A DNA stretch of 64,000 nt. Source: Patescibacteria group bacterium. GTDB taxonomy: Bacteria > Patescibacteriota > Microgenomatia > Levybacterales > UBA12049. The translations under genes and the position numbers were made by a program. Positions 51,329 to 60,370 of this stretch are shown here, one piece after another. The number at the start of each line of letters is the position of its first letter. Position 1 is the stretch's first letter. The stretch covers positions 713,226-777,225 of the forward strand of contig BPJB01000001.1 in assembly GCA_026004395.1 (NCBI GenBank), read 5' to 3'. Under the pieces are notes generated by a model. It was not told the DNA's origin and did not search any database. It was given only the letters and a program-made list of their open reading frames with translations.

Positions 51329-51736
51329 TCATTTATTTAAGTAGGTAATAGTCAATTGCAAAATAGTGGCGAATATGGCCCAAAGTAAATAGGGAACATT
51401 AATATAAACTACCCATCGTAATTCAGGTACACTCTGCCATAAAGAATAGAGTGCCCAAATCAGTGAAGCGACAACAAGTAAAATATCTAGAGAAGCCAAA
51501 AGATTGTTTCTCAATTTGAATTGCAAAGGTGTAAAAATGAAGTTAAAAATTAGATTAAGAGCAAATGGTAAGGATACAATCCACGATATGTTGCTAGTAA
51601 ATGCTCTATAGAATACAGCACCAAAAGAAACTGCAATGATTGCATAAAGCACCATCCATACAGGACCAAAAATCCAAGCAGGTGGTGACCATGAAGGTTT
51701 AGTTAACATTTGATAGCGTTTATAATTTTCGTTCAT
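51329..51736 (-). CDS. TspO/MBR family protein
   Basis: LTKPSWSPPAWIFGPVW..LY, LNLIFN, PYLLW..FATIL. Confidence 0.93.
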   Translation of the reverse strand: MNENYKRYQMLTKPSWSPPAWIFGPVWMVLYAIIAVSFGAVFYRAFTSNISWIVSLPFALNLIFNFIFTPLQFKLRNNLLASLDILLVVASLIWALYSLWQSVPELRWVVYINVPYLLWAIFATILQLTITYLNK

Positions 51737-52008
51737 AAGATCATTATAGTTAAAATTTAATTTTTTTTATTATCCTAATTGTCTTACAGTAAATATTCCA
51801 ATCATTGACAGAGTTTTGATTATTCAGACGATCATTTATAAAATATTGTATACTATTCATTCCTTTGATTGTTGATATTATTATATTTGATTTTATTAAC
51901 TCTATCTATTAACAGAAAGGGGAAACAGACTAGAGACTCTGCTACACAACAAACATTGTAAACTTATTAATAAGTTTAATAATAAGTTTTATTTAAATCT
52001 ATAAAGAA

Positions 52009-52644
52009 ATGAAATACTCAAACAAAGATAGGCAGATAAATAATGATTTTTATAGTTACTTTATCAGACATCACCAAGATGATGGTTGGGGTGATAAAGA
52101 TAAATATGGAAATTTTGAACTACTCTGTAAAATTGTAGATTTTACCAATTCTTCTCTAATGAATGCTTCAGTTTTAGATGTTGGTTCCGGAACAGGAGAT
52201 TTTTCTGAATATCTGAGAAAACAAGGTATAAAAGAGTATGTAGGTATAGATATCTTCCCAATGTCTGTTGATCTTGCCAAAATGAAATACAATGAAACAT
52301 TTATATGTAGCGATTTCTTAGATTATAAATTTCAGCGAAGATTTGACTATGTTTTTTCATCAGGTGCAATTGCTGCTATTTTGGATACAGATAATTATCA
52401 AATTCTGACTGCGTTTGTTAGTAAAATGTGGAGACTAGCTGAAAAAGGAGTAGCGTTTAACTTTTTAACAAGAGAATATACCAAAGAAAACGACGATGAA
52501 CTTTTCCTCTATGACTTTGATGAGGTTTTAAGAATTTGCCGTAACATTGTAAAAAGTGCACCCATTAAATATGTTCAAAATCGGGCTGGAGATAACAATG
52601 AGTTTTTACAAACTCATATATATCTTTTAAAAAAACAGAGGTGA
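52009..52644 (+). CDS. Class I SAM-dependent methyltransferase
   Basis: SVLDVGSGTGD, YVGIDI, FDYVFSSG, GVAFNFL. Confidence 0.9.
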   Translation: MKYSNKDRQINNDFYSYFIRHHQDDGWGDKDKYGNFELLCKIVDFTNSSLMNASVLDVGSGTGDFSEYLRKQGIKEYVGIDIFPMSVDLAKMKYNETFICSDFLDYKFQRRFDYVFSSGAIAAILDTDNYQILTAFVSKMWRLAEKGVAFNFLTREYTKENDDELFLYDFDEVLRICRNIVKSAPIKYVQNRAGDNNEFLQTHIYLLKKQR

Positions 52645-52926
52645 AACCCCTAAAATAGATTATTTTATTTGAGTTCTACCTCATCTCTCAATAGCTCAAC
52701 TATTACTCTCTTCTTACTCATCTTTTCTTCAACTCTTACTCTTCTTCAGTAGAGTATGAACTATTGATGGGAGGTGATATTGTGAATCTATTTATAGGGA
52801 GTAATCTGAGTCCTCTGACAGCACTACTATTGGAATCCTAATTCTTATATTTCCGCGTTTTCTCAATTATCTTATTGCATTTTATTTGATTTTAAGCGGA
52901 CTTATAGGTTTGCGAATACTCAATCT

Positions 52927-53340
52927 TTAATAAACAACAAATTGTGTTCCAACACGGGCAAAATCATATATCTATTGCGATGCTTCCAGAGGTAGGTTAA
53001 CACATCCATTACTTACATCTGCCAAATGCAGTATGCCAATAAGCTCTATGTATTGCGTAGGATTTATAAAAATACATTACATTGGGAACATCTTTATGAA
53101 AGTACCTGCCAAACACTGTATTTATTCCACGCATATCTTGTCTTGGCAATTTCCAATATATCTTAAACTTGCCTTTTACAGTTGTCGCCTTCGCAACACC
53201 TGTTGACACGATTGTTTCATAAACCACTCTCCCCTCCCATACCTATAACTTTTGCTTACGAATATCAATGGTTATAAGCTATTAGCCTCTGCTCTAGCCT
53301 GCACAAATGCCAAATTAAAAAAAATGAACAGGTATGCACT
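52927..53340 (-). pseudogene. L,D-transpeptidase (YkuD) remnant
   Basis: ITIDIRKQKL*VWEG, VSTG, YAIHRAYWHTAFG, frameshift, then NGCVNLPLEASQ*IYDFARVGT; 5' boundary approximate. Confidence 0.75.
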
Positions 53341-53537
53341 AAATAAAAAAATTTTACTTATAAAAAATTTATAAAAAATATAGATTCTTTAGTCAAAGTA
53401 ATAAATAATCTATATTACTCAAAATTTCACTACCAGTGATGCAATCAGATGTGACATATTAAAATTTTATCTAACAAAAAGTAAAAGAAAAAATCTGCTA
53501 TAATTAGCGACCTTTAGATATTTAATTGTGTTTTATT

Positions 53538-55713
53538 ATGATAAAAAGAATCTTTCATGAGCTCTGGATTATATTTAAGAAACCACTATTTGCTCTTTTT
53601 ATTATATGGGGTATCCTGTTTGTGATAATTCCTCTTTTTACATATCTTTATTTTGTCCGCGACCTGACTAGTAAAGAAAATATCATCACTCGCAAAAACA
53701 GTGGAATTATTTTACTGGATCGCAACAACAAGCCATTTTTTAGTTTCTATGAAGCAAAGTCAAAAAACAATGTTCCGATTGATCAGATACCAGAAATAAC
53801 TAAAAAAGCAGTTATCTCAATCGAAGACAAAAATTTCTATCAACATAATGGATTTTCAATTGAAGGCTTAGCAAGAGCAATCTTGGCCAACATTGAGGAA
53901 GAACGATTTTCACAAGGAGGATCAACAATTACACAACAACTTGTAAAAAATACACTTTTATCCCCTGAGAAAAGTCTTCTTCGTAAATACCAAGAATTGG
54001 TTTTGGCACTAGAGATTGAGCGCAGATTCAGCAAAGACGACATTTTAGAAATGTATCTTAACACTGTATATTTTGGTGAAGGTGCTTTCGGAATTCAAGA
54101 TGCCGCGCAATCCTATTTTGGAAAAGATGCTAAAAATTTAACACTTGCTGAGAGTGCTCTGCTTGCTGCAATTTTACCTGCTCCCTCTGCTCTATCTCCT
54201 CTATCAGGAGATGCGCAACGAGCATTTGATAGACAGGAACTTGTTCTACGACTAATGGAAGAACAAGGATATATCACTCGCCAAGAACGACTGGCAGCAG
54301 AAAAAGAAAAAATTATCTTTCATCCTAGACGTCAGGATATAAATGAACAAGCTCCCCACTTTGCACTCATGGTAAAAGATGAACTTATTAGAAGATATGG
54401 AGAGCAGACAATTGCACGATCTGGATTTAGGGTAAGAACAACTATTGATATTGAAAAGCAAAAATTTGCGGAAAAGATTGTAGCAAATCAAATCCAGCGC
54501 TTAAAACAAAACCGGGCTACAAATGGCGCAACTGTTGCAATCAATCCCAAAACAGGTGAAATACTTGTTCTGGTGGGAAGTCATAGCTGGTTTGATGAGG
54601 TAAATGGGAAAATAAATATGGCTACTTCACCTCGTCAACCTGGATCATCCTTCAAACCCATTGTTTATGCAAAAGCATTTGAAGAAAGAGTAATTACTCC
54701 TGCAACAGTGCTTGAAGATAAACCAATTACTTACCCTGACGGATATAAACCTAAAAATTATGACGGTCGGTATCGTGGACAAATACTCGCTAGATTTGCT
54801 TTGGCTAATTCTTTGAATATCCCTTCAATTCATGTATTAGAAAAAATAGGAATTCCAGCAGCAGTTGAGATGGCAAAGCGTATGGGTATAACGACTCTTA
54901 AAAACCCATCTGATTATGGCCTTTCACTTGTTTTAGGATCAGCTGAAGTACCGCTAATAGAAATGACAAGCGCATTTGGAGTATTTGCTAATGAGGGCAA
55001 ACTATCAACAAGAACAACTATTCTTGAAATTAGAGACAGAAAAGGCAAGCTTATTTATTCTTACACACCATCTACAAAGCTTATTCTCGATCCAAGAATT
55101 GCTTTTTTTGATCTCATCAATTCTTTCTGATTCTATAGCAAGAGCTCCCACATTTGGTAATGCGCTGAATCTCTCCCGTCCGGCAGCGGTAAAAACAGGA
55201 ACTACTGAAGACTTCAAAGATGCACTCACCATTGGTTATACACCAAGTCTTGTGATTGGAGTATGGATAGGCAATAATGATTACACTCCAATGGATAGCG
55301 TTGCAGGCTCCTTAGGTGCTGCACCAATCTGGAGACAACTTATGGAAAATTTTTTAAGTAGAACACCTGTTGAGAGATTTCTACCTCCAGCAAATATTCT
55401 TAGAGTTATGGTTTGCAAAGATAACGGTCTGAGAGCAGAAACTGCAACAAGTAGTGCATACATGGAGTTTTTCCTTCCTGGTACTATCCCAACAAAATCT
55501 TGTACAAATCCCCTATCTATTCCAACGCCAACAGAAATAGAAGTCACACCCACATCTATACCTAATGAGGAGCCAATACCTACTGTAACACCTACTCCAA
55601 CCCCCACCCCAACAGAAATACCAAGAGAAGAAATCAGACGACGAATTCTCGAACAATTAACACATCCTCCCGGTCAGGAAAAGAAAAACGAAGATCAGAT
55701 ATTAAATCGATAA
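53538..55713 (+). pseudogene. Class A penicillin-binding protein (PBP1A) split by a +1 frameshift
   Basis: EDKNFYQH, QGGSTITQQL, RQPGSSFKP, SLN, then KTGT in the next frame; T7 at 55103-55109 rejoins the frames if T6. Confidence 0.88.
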
Positions 55714-55738
55714 ATCTCTTTTGAATTTGATTAGCTTT

Positions 55739-56326
55739 CTATCCAGACTGAGTATCCTTATAAACTTCATCTTTCTGTGTAAATATCTCGTCTCGAATAA
55801 TACTCTTATGCTCATCAACATTGGGAAGAAGCTCCTCAAGAATCCTAACGTAACGATGAGGATTGTGAATTGCGTACATTACTGCACAAGTGTCCAATCT
55901 CCAATCGAAAAGCGTAAGTGTACCATAATTAAAAAATTTGCCAAATACTCCCTGAATGAGAACAACCTGTTTTATATTGTGTAAACCATATCTATCTTCT
56001 TTCTTAAAAATGACTCCTCTTTTATGAGACACAGCATAAGGAGAAATCTCATAATACTCACACAACCATTGTAAAACAATAAAAATAGTCAGCAATGTTT
56101 CAAAAATTGTAAGTACAATAAATGCCACAAAACCATAAATATTACTATTAACATTGAAAATATTTGTAAGATTTGATTGAGACAACAAAAACAACACGAT
56201 AATAATAATTCCAGTGGTAATCATATCAGTGATGATCAGTCTTAATACCAATAGAGAAATACTCATCCTTACGTTAACATGATCAATCTGTATTTTTTTG
56301 CGGGGTTTTTCTTGCTTCTCGTCCAT
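55739..56326 (-). CDS. Membrane protein with bacterial PH domain
   Basis: Two TM segments, then YYEIS...HKRGVI...QGVFGKFFNYGTL. Confidence 0.8.
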   Translation of the reverse strand: MDEKQEKPRKKIQIDHVNVRMSISLLVLRLIITDMITTGIIIIVLFLLSQSNLTNIFNVNSNIYGFVAFIVLTIFETLLTIFIVLQWLCEYYEISPYAVSHKRGVIFKKEDRYGLHNIKQVVLIQGVFGKFFNYGTLTLFDWRLDTCAVMYAIHNPHRYVRILEELLPNVDEHKSIIRDEIFTQKDEVYKDTQSG

Positions 56327-56803
56327 ATGTCTTATATCTTAGTAAATTCTCAAGTTAAATACAATTTAAATTAAACACTTTTTTAGCAATCAAAGTTTGC
56401 AACATTTATATACTACTTCAGGATCTTTAGAGGTTTTTCTATAAAAATATATCAAAAAATTATTGTATTTTCTGCAGTTGATTTAATTCCTTTTAATTCC
56501 TAAGAATAAATAGTAGAAAAAATTTAATAAGCTAACGATTAGTAAAAGCAAATCACAAATTCACCTCGAGCGGCATTTTGTGATTTTATTCTCAGATATC
56601 AAAAGACATTATCTATGTATAATTAAAAAATTAAGTTGTGAACAAAGTTATACCGATGATATTCTATTCCCTATTCCTCAAATCTTCTATCCTCTGCATC
56701 TATTAGTATCTAATCTAGAGATGATTGATAAACTTTAAACTTATTATGTTAATATAGTTTTAGTATCAAAAATTGATTGCACTTTAATGTTGCATCTCTA
56801 AGA

Positions 56804-57400
56804 TCAATTATCTTCAATGTAATATCTAATTTCTTGTTCTTGCGGTTGAAGGAGATTATATAAATAAGTTATGTCTTCATCTCTATGACGAATACAACCT
56901 GAACTCCCTGGATCATCAGGGGAAAGTCGGGTCAGATCTCCACCAACGCCATGCAGACCAAACGGTCCAGGAATCGTCCAGTTGCATTGTCCATTACACT
57001 CAAGATAAGGACTGGGACCGTAAGGTTCACGATCCGCTGTAGGAATATTGAGTGTGAGAAAGTATGGTGCTGTCTCTTTATTGGAAGATAATTCTTTTTT
57101 GGTTATTAACCAATATTCTCTTCCTAAAATCTTAGGCAAAGGTGTTGGCCTCTCACCTGGAATTCCTGTTTTCACAAAGAATGTTCTGATCAGCTGTGAT
57201 TTATCACGTTGACCTGGAACACCATAAAAAAGATTTTCCTTATTGGATTTTCTATGGAGAACAAACCAATAAATTCTTTTCTCTTCATCAGCTTGTCTTC
57301 GCTCTGTACTCAATGAAAAATCAGATGCAATAGCGATTAAAACGATTAGTAAAATTATAAGAAAAAGAAGTACTGCTATTTTTTCTTTTAGAAATACCAT
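56804..57400 (-). CDS. L,D-transpeptidase-like protein
   Basis: VKTG.PGERPTP, FGLHG...GSSGCIRH. Confidence 0.75.
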   Translation of the reverse strand: MVFLKEKIAVLLFLIILLIVLIAIASDFSLSTERRQADEEKRIYWFVLHRKSNKENLFYGVPGQRDKSQLIRTFFVKTGIPGERPTPLPKILGREYWLITKKELSSNKETAPYFLTLNIPTADREPYGPSPYLECNGQCNWTIPGPFGLHGVGGDLTRLSPDDPGSSGCIRHRDEDITYLYNLLQPQEQEIRYYIEDN

Positions 57401-57548
57401 GCCGTTATGATATCAAAATACTCACTTTTATGTCTTGAGTATATCTTGAGAAACTGACGTTAATTACAATAATTTTGAGACATCTTGTGCAAATCTCATA
57501 TTGATTGTTCATAGGTATTTTAGTATCAAGGTAGTCTAAGTAGAAATT

Positions 57549-58130
57549 CTATTTTTTAGCAGATTCAAATGGATTTTTAATGATTGTAAATTCTGTGAGA
57601 GGCAATATTCTTACAATTGATTTCCCAACCACATCACTTTTTTTAAGAAATCCCCACTCACGGCTATCTGAGCTATAGGGACGATTGTCCCCCATTACAA
57701 AAACAGTCCCTGCTGGTACAGTTATTTCTACACCATCTGGAAGAAATGAACCCCCATATGTTTTTACTTCTTTTGCAAGATATGCACTTTCATCAAAAAG
57801 CATACCGTTAAGATACACATTACCATTCTCTAAACGAATCCTATCTCCAGGAAGTCCAATCACGCGTTTAATAAAAAGTTTCTCATTATCAACTGGAGAG
57901 TGAAAAACTATAACATCTCCTCTTTTATACTTATCTAGTCGGACATCTATGAGATAACTTAAAAGATATTCTTTATTTTTAAATGTGGGATACATTGAAG
58001 ATCCTGAAACTTCATTGGGTTGAATAACAAATGCATACAATATCATAAGAACAGATGCAATTATCAGAAGTGTTTGCAGTGAATCAAGAAAAAAAAGACC
58101 TCCCCTTTTTATTAGATCCATAATATCCAT
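57549..58130 (-). CDS. lepB: Signal peptidase I
   Basis: VSGSSMYPT, RGDVIVF, FIKRVIGLPGD, MGDNRPYSSDSREWG. Confidence 0.96.
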   Translation of the reverse strand: MDIMDLIKRGGLFFLDSLQTLLIIASVLMILYAFVIQPNEVSGSSMYPTFKNKEYLLSYLIDVRLDKYKRGDVIVFHSPVDNEKLFIKRVIGLPGDRIRLENGNVYLNGMLFDESAYLAKEVKTYGGSFLPDGVEITVPAGTVFVMGDNRPYSSDSREWGFLKKSDVVGKSIVRILPLTEFTIIKNPFESAKK

Positions 58131-58235
58131 TATATAGTTTTAATTCTTTGTTAACTAGACATAGTAGAATGTTGTTAATGATTTTAACCTGATTACCTAC
58201 TAGACGACATCTATGTTTTCGTATATTATTTTGGA

Positions 58236-58931
58236 ATGAATAGCTTCACAAAAAAAATTTATGGAGAGAAAAATTCTAGAATATTAATCGTGTTTAGCTC
58301 ATGGCCAATAAAATCTTGGTATCTTTGGTTTTTAGGCAAATTACTTGCTGCTCATAATTTCAAAGTAATCATATATTCACTCGATAGACATATTTTTCAA
58401 CCCGATCCAATTCTAATCGCCAACCCATATGCACTCATTAAAAAAGATGCTATCAATTCAATAAAATCTTTCCCAAAACGTCAACAAAATAACATTAGCG
58501 TATTAGGAATCTCTTTAGGATCTCCATTAGCATTTATATTAGCTAATGAGCTTCACTCTGTATCAAAAATCATTGCCAATCTCTCAGGAGCAGACATGGC
58601 TCAGATAGTCTGGAGCTGGGATAATATATTGAATGGTTTTAAAAATAAACTGAGAAGAAAAAGATGGACTCTTAAAAAATTGCAAAACATCTGGTTTGAT
58701 CTCTCACCTATTAACAATCTGGATAAACTTCGAGGGAAAAAAATACTGCTCTATGCAGCTGAAAAAGATGAACTTATTCCTTTTACTCAAGCTAGGGAAT
58801 TGATTCAGGCACTGGATGAGAGAAGCATTAAGTATCAAACTGTAGTCAATATTCGCCATAATCATGTTGTTAGCTGCCTAATCAATATTCTTAAATTTAA
58901 TACTTACCTGCGCTTTCTCAATTCAAAATAA
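58236..58931 (+). CDS. Alpha/beta hydrolase family protein
   Basis: GISLG nucleophile elbow, DELIP, HNH. Confidence 0.8.
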   Translation: MNSFTKKIYGEKNSRILIVFSSWPIKSWYLWFLGKLLAAHNFKVIIYSLDRHIFQPDPILIANPYALIKKDAINSIKSFPKRQQNNISVLGISLGSPLAFILANELHSVSKIIANLSGADMAQIVWSWDNILNGFKNKLRRKRWTLKKLQNIWFDLSPINNLDKLRGKKILLYAAEKDELIPFTQARELIQALDERSIKYQTVVNIRHNHVVSCLINILKFNTYLRFLNSK

Positions 58932-58935
58932 CAGA

Positions 58936-60018
58936 TCATTGCGTTATCAAAGAAAGTGCATCTTTGGCTCTCTGAAAATTCTTGTTGTAATAGATTGCTT
59001 TTTCAAACTCCAAACGTGCGTCATCAGTCCTACCTTGCTCACTTAAAATCTGACCACGTATGAAATACAATTCCGAATATGCAAGATTGCCGCTTTGTAG
59101 AATAGAATCTATTAAATTAAAGACTATCTCATATCGCTTTAGCTTTTGGTAAGCCAAAATGGGTTCTAGTTGATACCAGAGCATGCGCGTTGGAAGATAC
59201 TTTTGCGATTTCTCATAATAGTCAATCGCAATTTTGTAATTGCCTAAATAGTAATTAGCTATAGAGATGTTAAACAGAGCATAACCATCGTAAGGATTTT
59301 TCTTATGTTCTGCTCTAGCACGCATTTCTGCATTATGCCATGCTTTTTGTTCATTGATATTCTGACCTAATATTGCTCTGACCGTTGCCTCTTTTTCTCT
59401 AGGATAAACCAAGATATATCCATAATTGAACGGTTTCCACATTTGAAGAAATGTTTCATAGTAGTATTCAAGATTGGGACCTTCATAGGAATCATCTTGA
59501 ATTATGACACGCTTTTTGTCATCATAACCTCTAACAATACGGAAATGTCCTATATCTTCATTCGGATGAAGCCATGTCCTAACTACAACAGGAATATCAT
59601 TGGCAATAAACTTTTTAAGAAGATCAATTGAACCATTTGGACGATGGAGTGAACTCATTCCATACTCTTTGGCATACTTCACGAACTCATCAGGGAAGAT
59701 AGATTTATCATCTACTCCGCCAAAGGGATTATTGAAGGGTCGCATCTTATCAGCTAACTCTTGCTGAGATATCTCGCGACCAAACATGGACATAACCATT
59801 GAGAGAGTGGCGGGACCACAATTGTTAAATGTTTGAGGAACAAAGCGCGCTGGAGGAAGCAAATCCCTGATATCAGGGACGGTGGTCGCTACTTGTAGCG
59901 TTGGTGAGGGGAACAATTTGTCAGTTAGTAAAGATTGCGTATCTCCCTGTACCTTATGATGCACAATCCAAAAAGTAGTACCTAAAATCACGGTGAGTAT
60001 TCCGAGCCTATATTTCAT
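58936..60018 (-). CDS. C39-like cysteine peptidase with C-terminal TPRs
   Basis: QTFNNCGPATLSM, GHFRIVRGYD, QDDS; TPR repeats. Confidence 0.88.
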   Translation of the reverse strand: MKYRLGILTVILGTTFWIVHHKVQGDTQSLLTDKLFPSPTLQVATTVPDIRDLLPPARFVPQTFNNCGPATLSMVMSMFGREISQQELADKMRPFNNPFGGVDDKSIFPDEFVKYAKEYGMSSLHRPNGSIDLLKKFIANDIPVVVRTWLHPNEDIGHFRIVRGYDDKKRVIIQDDSYEGPNLEYYYETFLQMWKPFNYGYILVYPREKEATVRAILGQNINEQKAWHNAEMRARAEHKKNPYDGYALFNISIANYYLGNYKIAIDYYEKSQKYLPTRMLWYQLEPILAYQKLKRYEIVFNLIDSILQSGNLAYSELYFIRGQILSEQGRTDDARLEFEKAIYYNKNFQRAKDALSLITQ

Positions 60019-60070
60019 AAGGACTCATTATAGCAGGAAAAAAGTAATAAATTGAAAGAATGAAAGAATA

Positions 60071-60367
60071 TTATTCTTCAAGATAATGCTGAGCATTCTG
60101 AGCTATGAGGTAGTTAATATATTCCGTAGCTTCTCTTCCTGTATATAAGCTATAAAGCTCTTTAATCTCCTCATCAGCCTCATCTTGAGTAGCACAGGAT
60201 GCAATCAACTTAAGATCCTCATCGGAAAATAACTGCATTGCCTCCTCTGTAAACTGATCAAATGCAGCCTCTCCAATATCCTTAAGAATATTAGAGATCT
60301 CCTGATCACTTAGACCTTTTCTAATTAAGGAAGATACTACATTTTGTAGAATCTTCTGCGAATCCAT
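60071..60367 (-). CDS. Small acidic helical protein (DUF5663-like)
   Basis: 98 aa, D/E-rich, starts 3 nt after the 555-aa gene; family call from recalled similarity only. Confidence 0.6.
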   Translation of the reverse strand: MDSQKILQNVVSSLIRKGLSDQEISNILKDIGEAAFDQFTEEAMQLFSDEDLKLIASCATQDEADEEIKELYSLYTGREATEYINYLIAQNAQHYLEE

Positions 60368-60370
60368 AGA

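Noticed and set aside
52660-52850. Small SD-led ORF and pyrimidine-rich tract, possible type I toxin-antitoxin
   Set aside because: The peptides of ~20 aa lack a convincing TM/charged-tail pattern and no antisense structure could be supported.
56730-56760. TTATGTTAAT, dif/XerD-like half-site
   Set aside because: There is no matching XerC arm at 6-bp spacing, and it is expected by chance in AT-rich DNA.
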